Positions 20,611 through 31,056 of a stretch of DNA of 64,000 nucleotides are shown in pieces. The notes under the pieces are model-generated. The model was given only the letters and a program-made list of their open reading frames with translations, was not told the origin of the DNA and made no database searches. Made by a program: the position numbers and the translations under genes. Source of the DNA: Spirochaetia bacterium (GTDB lineage Bacteria > Spirochaetota > Spirochaetia > WTKD01 > G963693115); the NCBI GenBank assembly GCA_965226055.1, contig CBDDCA010000006.1, positions 512,001 through 576,000 of the forward strand, in the 5' to 3' direction. How positions within the stretch are numbered: position 1 is the stretch's first letter; every line of letters begins with the position of its first letter.

Positions 20611-22719
20611 TTACACAGTCTTATTATACTGTTGCATCATTTTCTTTAATTGTGCATGTTCTTGTTTCTCAAGAGTCGGATCTTCTTCTGCTATTTTCTT
20701 TGCAAGAGACTGAGAACGATATAATATATCAGTATCTCCCTGAGTATCTAAAAACTGAAAAAAGAGAGAGCCTGATTGTCGTAACCCTAGCTGATCTATA
20801 TCTCCAGGACCTCGAAGCTCTAAATCTTTTTCTGCTATCTCAAAACCATCATTACTTTCATATATTATTTTGAGACGTTCTTTTGCAATATCATTGAGGG
20901 GAGCATTATATACTAATAATACTGTTCCAGGTAATGTTCCTCTTCCTACTCTCCCTCGTAACTGATGTAATGTAGCAAGCCCAAATCGTTCAGCATTAAA
21001 AATACACATAAGTGTTGCATTATGAACATCAATGCCTACTTCAATAATAGTGGTACATAACAATGCTGCAATTTCCTTTTTTTCAAAACGTATCATAATT
21101 TCTTTCTGTTCCTTTGCATCTATCTTTGAATGCAATACTTCTACCGAAAAAGGATGTAACTGCGATTGAATTTCTTGTTGCATTGCTATTACCGAACTCA
21201 TCTCCACAGCACTTTTTGTTTGCTCATCATCTTCAAGCCCAATTTGCGGAAACACAAAGAATGCTTGCTCACCTTTTTGTAATACACTACGAATAAATGC
21301 ATACATACGATGACGATTATTAAAATCTATCATTCTACATTCTGGCGTAGTACTAATACCAGGCTTTTCGTTCAATGTACTAATATCCAAATGAGAATAC
21401 AATGTAAGAGCAAGTGTACGCGGTATAGGAGTAGCTGACATAAGAAGCATATCCGCATCGTTCCCTTTTTCAAGAAGTGCTTGCCTTTGTTCTATCCCAA
21501 AGCGATGTTGTTCATCAAACACTATAAAGCCGAGATTATTGTACACAACATTCTCAGAGTAAAGAGCATGAGTACCAATAATAAAATGAACAGCGTTCTG
21601 AGAAATTCCCTGCATTACCAAACTACGATCTTTTGTCATCATAGAACCAGTTAATACACAACAGCGCACTGCCTCTCTTGACGATAGGGATGCATTAAGA
21701 GTACTGAGCAAATCAGAGATTCTGCGATAATGTTGATGAGCCAATGTTTCTGATGGAGCTACTAACACTACTTGCTGTTTATTTTCAATAGCAATAAGTG
21801 CACAAATAAGAGCTACTAAAGTTTTACCAGAACCTACATCACCTTGAAGAAGACGTCTCATAGGATAGTCACTTAGCATATCCTTTTCTATTTCATGCAC
21901 TATTTGTATTTGTCCACGTGTTAAAGAAAAAGGTAAGGATTTTATGAATAATGCTACTAACATATCCGATTGATGACGTTTATTTTCTCGAATATGTTTT
22001 TTATCAAGACTTGATAATTCTAGCGATAATTGAAATAAAAGCGCTTCATCAAAAGCAAGGTTTTTTCGTGCTTTTATAATAGCTTCCTTACTTTCAGGAA
22101 AGTGTACAGAACGAATACTCATATCTCTATTCATAGTATGTGTTGGATAATAGTTTTCGTAGGGATGCAATGAAGGAAACGCAGAAGCTCGCTGTAAACA
22201 GCTTTTCATGAGCTTAAAAAAAGCTACCTGAGAAAAAGATGCTGGCGTCTTATAATGAGGAATAATCCCTTGCATTCTTTGTGTATCAGTTATAATCTCA
22301 AATTGACTTGAAATAAACTGGTTACCTCTTATTTTTCTTTTTGAAGTATCAGCAAATTTAGCCCATAGTATCGCTTTCATACGTATAGGCAAGAGATTTT
22401 TTATAAAATCTCTTCCATAACAATGTAACTCACCCACTGTATGTTCCTCATCTTCAAATATTATTTTCAGTAGCCTTCCTCTGTTTCTCAGCTGCACATA
22501 GGTATGTGATAACACAGTAATGGAAATAAGAGCGTACGCACTTGTATCAGTAATAGCATGCAATGTTTTCAACTCATCTCTCCATTCATAGTCGACTGGA
22601 ATATGCGCTAAAATATCGCCTATGGTAACAATATCTAATTGCTCTAATTTATTGATATAATGTTTTGTAATGATAGGAAAATTTTTTAAGGAAATATCTA
22701 TATCAGAAAATAATATCAT
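20611..22719 (-). CDS. recG: ATP-dependent DNA helicase RecG
   Basis: LLQGDVGSGKT, DEQHRFG, MSATPIPRTL, NAERFGLATLHQLRGRVGRG, DLELRGPG. Confidence 0.95.
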   Translation of the reverse strand: MILFSDIDISLKNFPIITKHYINKLEQLDIVTIGDILAHIPVDYEWRDELKTLHAITDTSAYALISITVLSHTYVQLRNRGRLLKIIFEDEEHTVGELHCYGRDFIKNLLPIRMKAILWAKFADTSKRKIRGNQFISSQFEIITDTQRMQGIIPHYKTPASFSQVAFFKLMKSCLQRASAFPSLHPYENYYPTHTMNRDMSIRSVHFPESKEAIIKARKNLAFDEALLFQLSLELSSLDKKHIRENKRHQSDMLVALFIKSLPFSLTRGQIQIVHEIEKDMLSDYPMRRLLQGDVGSGKTLVALICALIAIENKQQVVLVAPSETLAHQHYRRISDLLSTLNASLSSREAVRCCVLTGSMMTKDRSLVMQGISQNAVHFIIGTHALYSENVVYNNLGFIVFDEQHRFGIEQRQALLEKGNDADMLLMSATPIPRTLALTLYSHLDISTLNEKPGISTTPECRMIDFNNRHRMYAFIRSVLQKGEQAFFVFPQIGLEDDEQTKSAVEMSSVIAMQQEIQSQLHPFSVEVLHSKIDAKEQKEIMIRFEKKEIAALLCTTIIEVGIDVHNATLMCIFNAERFGLATLHQLRGRVGRGTLPGTVLLVYNAPLNDIAKERLKIIYESNDGFEIAEKDLELRGPGDIDQLGLRQSGSLFFQFLDTQGDTDILYRSQSLAKKIAEEDPTLEKQEHAQLKKMMQQYNKTV

Positions 22720-25700
22720 CGAAATACTTCTACTTTTACTATATCTTTATGGTTTTGTAAAAAGGTCATCAATGATACATCATTTGCATTCACAGTAAAC
22801 CCAACAGGAAACGCTATTGTAGAGATAATGGCATCATTTTCTTGAATGTGTAACTTAACACTTGCGTTCCCAAAATGTTCTACCATCTTCCCTTTTATCT
22901 CTTGTAATACCTGTGAATCAATAGTACTTTTTACGGCAAACTCTAGCCGAGAATATTGACCATCATGCAATGGCGCAACAGATTCTTTATCTTCTTTTCT
23001 TTGCATAACTAAATCAGGAATACTCATGATCTTTTCTACCTTAAAATTGTACGCCCCTTTATACAGCGATAATTTTCCATAAAATCCATATGCAGTACGC
23101 TCAGGTATTACTATATCTTCTGTAATATCAGTAAAATAAGAAAATGGAATTGATCCCAGATAATCATGTAATACCCCTATATACACTTTTGTTTTTGGTT
23201 GTCTGGAAAATACATCATTATTTTCATTTTGTGTTCCCATATGTTCTTGAGAAAATTTTTTCTTATCATGATATTCAGCATTCTGTTCCTCAAGAGTAAT
23301 ACCATCTATAGTACCATTATGATTGTCTTGTTGCGATGAGTTTTGAGCATTCGATTTTCTTCTATTATTCTTGCGAGGAAGAATAATACGAGTATATACC
23401 GTATCAGTATATGCAATAAGATAATATGATTGCATTCTTTTATCCCACGAATGACTTTCCTTAAAAGAACTAAGATTTAAGGTAGAATTTTCAAGCCATT
23501 GAATTTTGTATTCATCCAATGGATTATAACGTAAATAAGTACTTGCATACTCCCGTTCTTTCTCAAGCACTTCCCGTTCACTCACAGGATCATTGATAAG
23601 CACACTCTGTACATCTTTGACTACATCATCCTGAATAAACAATAATAATTGCTGTGATTTTTTTGCATCAATTCTCTTTTTTGCTTCATCTAAAATATTG
23701 TCTGTATTTGCTATTAGCTGATCACGTCTATCATAAAATGTATCAAATACCCCCGTAAAAATCCCAGCGTCAATCAAGGTCTTTAACCCTGACTTATCGG
23801 GCAATCGTTCAAAAACATCAAAAAAAGAAGAGTATTTCCCATTCTTTTTTCGTTCTATAGGAATATGTTTTTTTACTTCATCACTGATACTACGTATTGC
23901 AGATAATCCAAACCGTATTTTTCCATCTTCAATAGTAAATCCATATTCACTTTTATTAATATCTGGCGGTAATATTTCTATCCCTAAACTTCTACATAAC
24001 TGAAATGTTTTTGACAGATTATCACCCTTATTATGATCTGCATCCAACAGATTTACCATATAATACAAAGGATAATGTCTTTTTAAGTACGCTGTTCGAT
24101 ACGCTAGCTCTGCATACGCAGCGGCATGCGATTTATTAAAACCATATTCAGAAAAAGGAATAAGCAACTCATAAATAGCACGAGCAAGATCTTTTGTATA
24201 GCCATTCTGTATTACTCCTTGTATAAACTCACTCTCCATTTCTTTCATGACTTTCCATTTCTTTTTTCCCATAGCACTGCGTAATACATCAGCTCTTCCA
24301 AGTGAAAAGTTAGCAAATTTTTGTGCAATATGCATTACTTGTTCCTGATATACAATAACTCCATATGTTTCCCGCAAAATAGGTTCCATATCAGGATGTA
24401 AATACTGTATTTTTTCCCTTCCATTTTTTACATTTGCATATTTTTCAATAAACTTAATGGGACCAGGACGATATAACGCATTCAATGCAATAAGCTCTTC
24501 AATACGATTAGGACAAACAGACCGTAAAGCCTGTTGCATCCCTTCACTTTCAAATTGAAATACAGCCTCACTTTTTCCTTCGCTTAACATTTCATATACT
24601 TCCCTATCATCAAAAGGAATTGATTCTAAAGAAAACTGAGGATCATCTTTTTGTATGAGCTTTTCAGTATTATCTACAACAGTGATATTTGTCAGCCCTA
24701 GTATATCCATTTTTACTAGCCCAACTTTCTCAAGATAATTCATAGAATACTGTGTTGCTACTCCATCAGTTTTATTATCCTTATACAAAGGAGTATATTG
24801 AATAAGTTTCTCTTTTCCTATTACTACTCCTGCAGCATGAATAGACGCATGACGCTTTACTCCTAACAGTGAATCTGTAATCTGAAACAACTGGGGATAC
24901 AACCCATAATACTCACGGAGCTTTGGTTCTGCAACTAAAAAATCTTCTACAGTTTTAGAACCTCTTTCAGCATCATCTGTATCATCTTTTCTCAGATCTT
25001 CATTAAACAATTTTGCAATAGTATCAACCTCTAATAAAGGAATTCCTAAAGATCGCCCTACATCACGAATTGCTCCCTTTGATTTTAATGATGAAAAAGT
25101 AACAATCTGTCCACAATTCTCTTCTCCATATTTATTTCGTATATAATTGATAACCTCCTGTCGTCTATTTACACAAAAATCTGTATCAATATCAGGCATA
25201 CTCACACGTTCAGGATTGAGAAACCGTTCAAAAAGCAAACCATATTTTATTGGATCTACATTTGTAATACCTAATACATATGCAACAATGGATCCTGCCA
25301 CAGAACCCCTTCCTGGCCCTACAGGAATATCCTTCTTTTTACAAAAATGAATAATATCTAAAATAATAAGAAAATATCCACTGAATCCCATATTGATAAT
25401 ACAATCAAGCTCATACATAATACGTTTATGTATAAACTCATTTTTTTGTTGATAACGCGTAGGTATTCCCTCCAACGTTAAATGACGTAAATAATCATCT
25501 TGATTCTTAAACTGAGAAGGAATCGTAAAATGGGGTAACTCTAGCTCAGTTTTTTCTGGAAGTATATACTTACATTGCTGTGCAATCTCAACAGTTCTAT
25601 CTAAAGCATCAGTATATTGTGTAAAATTACGCTCCATCTCTTCACGACTTTTAATATAAAACTGATCGTTCGGAAGAATAATTTTATTATTCTTCTCATT

Positions 25701-26354
25701 TTCTACATAGATACTATGTGCTTTTGCATCTTTTTGTTCAGTATAATAACATGCATTCCCTGCAACTATCAATAAAGATAACTGTGAAGCAATTTTCTGT
25801 ACTAACTCATTTATTTGACTCTCTAGCACAAGACCATGATTTTGTATTTCTAAAAATAATGAGTCGTCAAATATATCTTTATACATCCCTGCAATACGAA
25901 GTGCATTATCAATCTGACCACGCTCTAAAAAAGAACCCATCCTGTGCCCTTTTTGAGGAAGAATACATATCAATCCTTGTTTATTCTCTTCAAGTTCTTG
26001 AAAATTAATTCGAGGATAATAATAAAAATGTTCAACGTATCCTACAGTACTAAGCTGTTTAAGATTTTCAAATCCCTCACTATCTTTTGCAAAAACAAGC
26101 ACCTTCTCACTATCTCTTTGTGAAGTACTATTTTCTGTAAAGTTTATCTGCAACTCACATCCTATAATAGGACGAACATTCTTTTCTTTACACTTCTGTG
26201 TAAACTCAACAGCTGCAAAAAGATTTCCTTCATCAGTCAAAGCTATAGTATCTTGACCAATATGCTCTAATCTATTGAGCATCTTATCAATAGTAGAGAT
26301 ACTATGCCGTAAACTATAATCAGAATGATTATGAAGATGAACAAAATTACGCAT
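22716..26354 (-). CDS. dnaE: DNA polymerase III subunit alpha
   Basis: FVHLHNHSDYS PHP domain, GPGRGSVAGS, FERFLNPERVSMPDIDTDF, KMDILGL, YGFNKSHAAAY. Confidence 0.97.
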   Translation of the reverse strand: MRNFVHLHNHSDYSLRHSISTIDKMLNRLEHIGQDTIALTDEGNLFAAVEFTQKCKEKNVRPIIGCELQINFTENSTSQRDSEKVLVFAKDSEGFENLKQLSTVGYVEHFYYYPRINFQELEENKQGLICILPQKGHRMGSFLERGQIDNALRIAGMYKDIFDDSLFLEIQNHGLVLESQINELVQKIASQLSLLIVAGNACYYTEQKDAKAHSIYVENEKNNKIILPNDQFYIKSREEMERNFTQYTDALDRTVEIAQQCKYILPEKTELELPHFTIPSQFKNQDDYLRHLTLEGIPTRYQQKNEFIHKRIMYELDCIINMGFSGYFLIILDIIHFCKKKDIPVGPGRGSVAGSIVAYVLGITNVDPIKYGLLFERFLNPERVSMPDIDTDFCVNRRQEVINYIRNKYGEENCGQIVTFSSLKSKGAIRDVGRSLGIPLLEVDTIAKLFNEDLRKDDTDDAERGSKTVEDFLVAEPKLREYYGLYPQLFQITDSLLGVKRHASIHAAGVVIGKEKLIQYTPLYKDNKTDGVATQYSMNYLEKVGLVKMDILGLTNITVVDNTEKLIQKDDPQFSLESIPFDDREVYEMLSEGKSEAVFQFESEGMQQALRSVCPNRIEELIALNALYRPGPIKFIEKYANVKNGREKIQYLHPDMEPILRETYGVIVYQEQVMHIAQKFANFSLGRADVLRSAMGKKKWKVMKEMESEFIQGVIQNGYTKDLARAIYELLIPFSEYGFNKSHAAAYAELAYRTAYLKRHYPLYYMVNLLDADHNKGDNLSKTFQLCRSLGIEILPPDINKSEYGFTIEDGKIRFGLSAIRSISDEVKKHIPIERKKNGKYSSFFDVFERLPDKSGLKTLIDAGIFTGVFDTFYDRRDQLIANTDNILDEAKKRIDAKKSQQLLLFIQDDVVKDVQSVLINDPVSEREVLEKEREYASTYLRYNPLDEYKIQWLENSTLNLSSFKESHSWDKRMQSYYLIAYTDTVYTRIILPRKNNRRKSNAQNSSQQDNHNGTIDGITLEEQNAEYHDKKKFSQEHMGTQNENNDVFSRQPKTKVYIGVLHDYLGSIPFSYFTDITEDIVIPERTAYGFYGKLSLYKGAYNFKVEKIMSIPDLVMQRKEDKESVAPLHDGQYSRLEFAVKSTIDSQVLQEIKGKMVEHFGNASVKLHIQENDAIISTIAFPVGFTVNANDVSLMTFLQNHKDIVKVEVFR

Positions 26355-26368
26355 GTATGTTATAGTAA

Positions 26369-27694
26369 TTATCCTTCAATTTCTTCAATAATAGGATAGC
26401 TTGCAAAACTTCCTTGTACTACTACAAGCTGAAGTAGCTCTTTCTTTGCTTTTTCTATATTACTCCACTGTGTACGATGAGTGATAATGATGAGCGTTGC
26501 AAGTCCTGCTCTATCTACATATTCACTATGAGGAAAATCTTCTTGTAATACCCTTGCAATACTTATATCATTTTTTGCCAATATAGTAGCAACCTTTGAT
26601 AAAATCCCAATCTCATCTTTTATAAACAGCCTAATATAAATGGGACAAACAAAAGCATTCATATCGCTTTGTAATGAAGCTGAGTTTTTATCAGGCCATA
26701 AAGTATTACTATTAAAAATTATTTTACTCGTTCCGTTAGCAATACTCACCAAATCAGCAATAACTGCACTTGCAGTAGCATCACCACCAGCTCCTTTTCC
26801 TACATACATAGTATGACCTACTTTATTTCCTAATACACTAATAGCATTAAACGATCCTTCAATAGAAGACATAGGATGCGTATCTGGAAGAAAGGCTGGA
26901 TGCACCCAAATACTGATACTATCATGTAAGTCTATCCCTGCAGCAATTAACTTTGTAGTGTAGCCCAACTTTTTAGCAAATTGAATATCACTATTTTTTA
27001 TATCCGATATTCCTCTCTTAAAAAGCGATACAAAATCTACCTTAACATTATATACAAGTCCACTTATAATTGCAATCTTATGAGCTGCATCTATTCCTTC
27101 TGTATCTAAACTAGGATCCGCCTCAACATACCCATGTATTTTTGCGTCTTCAAGTGCTTCCGAAAAACTTTTATGTTTTTTATCCATTTCAGATAAAATG
27201 TAGTTACAACTTCCGTTTAACACTCCATATACTGCAGTTATCTTGTTAGCAATAAGCCCATCAGTTATTGCTCTAATAATAGGAATTCCACCGCCACAAC
27301 TTGCCTCAAAAGCAATACAGACATTATTTTTTCGAGCAATATCCCACAGCTCTCTCCCATGTTCAGCCAATACGGCCTTATTTGCTGTAACAACATCTTT
27401 TCCTGCTTTCAAGGCCTCAATAATATATTGTTTTGCAACATCAGTACCGCCCATAAGCTCAACAATACAGTTTATTTTTTCATCTCTTATAATACTTTGC
27501 CATGAATCAGCAATCAAAGAATCATGAATAGCACTATTTTCCTTTATCTTATGCGGGCTTCGAGTAAAAATTTTTTCCAACACTACCTCACATTGTGTCC
27601 GACCTATAAGAGTCTCTTGTTCTTGTGTAAGATAAAGCGCCAATCTTTCTCCAACAGAACCAAATCCAACTAAACCAATATGTAACTTACGCAT
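26369..27694 (-). CDS. hom: Homoserine dehydrogenase with C-terminal ACT domain
   Basis: GFGSVG, VVTANKA, FEASCGGGIP, NGSCNYIL, GYVEADP, GAGGDATASAV. Confidence 0.93.
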   Translation of the reverse strand: MRKLHIGLVGFGSVGERLALYLTQEQETLIGRTQCEVVLEKIFTRSPHKIKENSAIHDSLIADSWQSIIRDEKINCIVELMGGTDVAKQYIIEALKAGKDVVTANKAVLAEHGRELWDIARKNNVCIAFEASCGGGIPIIRAITDGLIANKITAVYGVLNGSCNYILSEMDKKHKSFSEALEDAKIHGYVEADPSLDTEGIDAAHKIAIISGLVYNVKVDFVSLFKRGISDIKNSDIQFAKKLGYTTKLIAAGIDLHDSISIWVHPAFLPDTHPMSSIEGSFNAISVLGNKVGHTMYVGKGAGGDATASAVIADLVSIANGTSKIIFNSNTLWPDKNSASLQSDMNAFVCPIYIRLFIKDEIGILSKVATILAKNDISIARVLQEDFPHSEYVDRAGLATLIIITHRTQWSNIEKAKKELLQLVVVQGSFASYPIIEEIEG

Positions 27695-27718
27695 ACTAAT
27701 TATATTATAATGGAGTTA
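27695..27718. promoter_or_regulatory. Overlapping divergent -10 elements (palindromic ATTATAAT) between hom and the ArsR/methyltransferase gene
   Basis: TATAAT on + at 27706-27711 and on - at 27704-27709; only 15-24 bp separate the two start codons. Confidence 0.5.
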
Positions 27719-28645
27719 ATGAGTACTGTACACACTAACATATTCAAAGTACTGAGTGAACCACGACGAAGACGTATACTATCTGTATTAGAAGGAAACG
27801 AATTTTCAGTACAAGAACTACAACGTATTCTCAATTTAGGACAATCAATTATATCTGCCCATCTCGCACACCTCAAACATAACAATCTCGTACATACACG
27901 TCGAAACGGAAAATATATTCTGTACCGACTAAACTCAAAGGAAAGTTTCTATGCCAATATATTACAAGTTACGCTTTCTATTACAAAAAATGAAGAGTGG
28001 TATCAACGAGATATACAACAAGCACAAAAGATTTTACAAATTAAAAAGGAAGCCTCCCTATCTTTTTACGAAGGCTTAGAATCTCAAAACAAACGTTCTC
28101 CAGGACAAACCGATCATTCACTTGCCATTGCCTTTATGCGCAGTATACACAATAAACGTATTGTTGATATTGGGTGCGGAAGTGGAAAACTTGCAAAAGA
28201 ATTTTCTTTACGTAACACAGTACTAGGAATAGACATAAACGATAAACAAATAAAAATGGCAAAAAAACTGTACAGTACAGAAATACACAATAAACACCTT
28301 GATTTCAAGACTGGATCAGCAGAAAAACTAGAGCTCCCAGACAACAGTCAGGATATCATTATTTTTTCTCATTCTTTGCATCATATCGAAAAACCAAGCA
28401 TTGCTTTAAATGAATGTTATAGAGTATTATCTAGTAAAGGACTTCTACTCATCTTAGATCTTCATAAACATAATGAAATATGGCTAAAAGATAGTCTAGG
28501 AGATATACACCTTGGGTTTAACCGTGACACTATTGAACGATGGTTACATGAGGCATATTTTACCCATATTTCAATAGACATCGATGTAAGTGATGTTGAA
28601 TATCCCGATTTTGAAACTTTAATCATATGTGCAGAAAAGGAGTAA
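27719..28645 (+). CDS. ArsR-family HTH regulator fused to a SAM-binding methyltransferase-like domain (SahR/SamR-like)
   Basis: N-terminal FKVLSEPRRRRIL...QSIISAHLAHLK winged helix; C-terminal VDIGCGSG, SLHHI, HLGF; directly upstream of metE; start 27710 or 27719. Confidence 0.85.
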   Translation: MSTVHTNIFKVLSEPRRRRILSVLEGNEFSVQELQRILNLGQSIISAHLAHLKHNNLVHTRRNGKYILYRLNSKESFYANILQVTLSITKNEEWYQRDIQQAQKILQIKKEASLSFYEGLESQNKRSPGQTDHSLAIAFMRSIHNKRIVDIGCGSGKLAKEFSLRNTVLGIDINDKQIKMAKKLYSTEIHNKHLDFKTGSAEKLELPDNSQDIIIFSHSLHHIEKPSIALNECYRVLSSKGLLLILDLHKHNEIWLKDSLGDIHLGFNRDTIERWLHEAYFTHISIDIDVSDVEYPDFETLIICAEKE

Positions 28646-28646
28646 T

Positions 28647-30980
28647 ATGAGCAACAAACAAACTACTATCAAAGGAACAATACTTGGTTTTCCTCGTATG
28701 GGAAAACAAAGAGAACTAAAAAAAATACTTGAATCCTATTGGAAAGGTGAGATACATGCAGATGAAATGATAGCACAAAGCACTGCTTTGCGAAAACAGC
28801 ATTTACAGTTATTGGTAAATTTGGGATTAGACGAAATACCAATAAACGATTTCTCACTCTATGATCATGTACTTGACACTGCTATCGGCTTTGGAGTTAT
28901 CCCTAAACGATATACTACACTCTCAAAAGATTTCTTACGCATGTATTTTGCAATGGCACGAGGAGAAAAAGGAGCTAATCATAATATTACTGCAATGGAA
29001 ATGAGTAAATGGTTTGACACTAACTACCACTATATTATTCCAGAGTTTGAAAAAAATACTGTATTTAATGCAGATACAATAATAGAAAAACTACGGCATA
29101 CCATAGAAGAAGCAAAATCAGTCATCGGAAACGCATCCACTACCATTCGTCCTGTATTACTTGGTCCTATAAGTTTCTTATTGTTAGGCAAGATGGTAGA
29201 AACAGACCATACTGTTCAAAAAAATGAAGCACTTACATTACTCCCTTCTTTGTTAGAATCTTATACAGCAGTACTACAATCACTAGAATCATTACAAGTA
29301 CAAACAATACAGCTTGATGAACCATTTCTTGTATTCAACATAGACAAAGAAGTACAAGATGCATATATACAAGCGTACACATACTTTCAACAATCTGGGT
29401 GTAAGACAAAAATATTTTTAGCAAGCTATTTTGATGATATTACCAGCAATATAGATCTTATATCACAGCTTCCAGTAGATACTGTACATGTTGATCTTGT
29501 AAGAGGAAATACTGACTCGTTACTACCGCTTGCAAAAACACACACATCACTGTCTCTCGGAATTATAGATGGCAGAAACATATGGAAAGCAGATATGAAT
29601 ACACTCTATGAGACTGTATCTCAATTTCTTGCACAACAAGAATCTCAGCAATTACATAATTGCTATATCAGTTCTTCCTGCTCTTTACTACACAGCCCCT
29701 TTGATCTCTCTACTGAAAATACACTTGATACAGAAATAAAGACATGGCTCTCCTTTGCTATACAAAAAGTGCAAGAAATTACTACTCTCAAAACTGCATT
29801 TACTACAAACAAAGAAGCTGTCCTATCTCAGTTTACCGACAATCAAAAAGCAATACAAAGTAGACAACAGAGTACTAAAGTACACAATGAAGCAGTCAAA
29901 AACCGAATAGCAACAATATCAGATGCAATGATACATCGTAACAAAGCATATGCTCAAAGAAGTAGCATTCAAAAACAAGCATTACAGCTTCCACTGTTTC
30001 CTACTACCACTATCGGAAGCTATCCACAAACAAAAGAAATACGGAGTACTCGTGCTGCATACAAAAAAGGAAACATTTCTTACCAAGAATATCAAACATT
30101 CATGAAAAATGAAATACAGAAAGTCGTTGCATTTCAAGAAGAAGTAGGATTAGATGTACTCGTGCATGGCGAACCAGAAAGAAATGATATGGTAGAGTAT
30201 TTTGGTGAAAATTTTGATGGATTTGTTTCTACCTCTCACGGATGGGTACAAAGCTATGGAAGTCGTTGTGTAAAACCTCCTATTATCTACGGGGATCTCA
30301 CTCGAAAAAATGCTATTACTGTTGACTGGATTAGTTATGCACAATCACTTACAAAAAAACCAATGAAAGGCATGCTAACAGGACCGGTAACTATACTACA
30401 ATGGTCTTTCGTGCGTGATGATCAACCACGTTACACCACTGCATATCAAATAGCCTTTCTCATTCGCGACGAAATAAAAGATTTAGAAGATGCAGATATT
30501 AAAATAATACAAGTTGATGAACCTGCGCTTCGTGAAGGACTGCCTCTTCAGACAAGCAAACACAAAGAATATCTTGATTGGGCAGTAAAAAGTTTTAGGG
30601 TAGCTACCTGCGGAGCAAAAGATGAAACGCAAATACATACCCATATGTGCTATTCTGAGTTTAATGAAATTATTGACTCTATAGCTCAACTAGATGCAGA
30701 TGTTATCTCTATAGAAGCATCTCGTAGCAAAATGGAATTACTTGAAGCATTTAAGACATATCAATATCCAAACGAAATTGGTCCAGGAGTATATGACATA
30801 CATTCTCCTCGTATTCCGTCCGTGCAAGAAATGGTAGATTTACTACAACTTGCATTACAATGTATTCCTAAAGAACATATATGGGTAAATCCTGATTGCG
30901 GACTAAAAACACGTAACTGGGCTGAAGTAAAAGAAACGCTTGCAAACATGGTACAAGCAGCAAAACAATTTCGTTCTTAA
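28647..30980 (+). CDS. metE: Cobalamin-independent methionine synthase
   Basis: GFPRMGKQRELK, KWFDTNYHY, PTTTIGSYPQT, HGEPERNDMV, HTHMCYSEF, GPGVYDIHSPR, WVNPDCGLKTR; ATG 28647 after AAGGAG. Confidence 0.97.
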   Translation: MSNKQTTIKGTILGFPRMGKQRELKKILESYWKGEIHADEMIAQSTALRKQHLQLLVNLGLDEIPINDFSLYDHVLDTAIGFGVIPKRYTTLSKDFLRMYFAMARGEKGANHNITAMEMSKWFDTNYHYIIPEFEKNTVFNADTIIEKLRHTIEEAKSVIGNASTTIRPVLLGPISFLLLGKMVETDHTVQKNEALTLLPSLLESYTAVLQSLESLQVQTIQLDEPFLVFNIDKEVQDAYIQAYTYFQQSGCKTKIFLASYFDDITSNIDLISQLPVDTVHVDLVRGNTDSLLPLAKTHTSLSLGIIDGRNIWKADMNTLYETVSQFLAQQESQQLHNCYISSSCSLLHSPFDLSTENTLDTEIKTWLSFAIQKVQEITTLKTAFTTNKEAVLSQFTDNQKAIQSRQQSTKVHNEAVKNRIATISDAMIHRNKAYAQRSSIQKQALQLPLFPTTTIGSYPQTKEIRSTRAAYKKGNISYQEYQTFMKNEIQKVVAFQEEVGLDVLVHGEPERNDMVEYFGENFDGFVSTSHGWVQSYGSRCVKPPIIYGDLTRKNAITVDWISYAQSLTKKPMKGMLTGPVTILQWSFVRDDQPRYTTAYQIAFLIRDEIKDLEDADIKIIQVDEPALREGLPLQTSKHKEYLDWAVKSFRVATCGAKDETQIHTHMCYSEFNEIIDSIAQLDADVISIEASRSKMELLEAFKTYQYPNEIGPGVYDIHSPRIPSVQEMVDLLQLALQCIPKEHIWVNPDCGLKTRNWAEVKETLANMVQAAKQFRS

Positions 30981-31007
30981 ACTTGCGATACAATCATCAC
31001 TATATAC

Positions 31008-31038
31008 AGCCTGTATAGTAGCTATTACTATACAGGCT
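31008..31038. terminator. Hairpin between convergent metE and dehydrogenase genes
   Basis: Perfect 13-bp stem agcctgtatagta / tactatacaggct with 5-nt loop. Confidence 0.7.
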
Positions 31039-31056
31039 TATTGTAGCCACACACTA

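Noticed and set aside
22716-26354. Intein in DnaE
   Set aside because: Length is near normal and the insertion lacks N-terminal Cys/Ser and C-terminal His-Asn splicing motifs.
27695-28646. SAM or cobalamin riboswitch upstream of metE
   Set aside because: There is no non-coding leader; metE directly follows the regulator gene.
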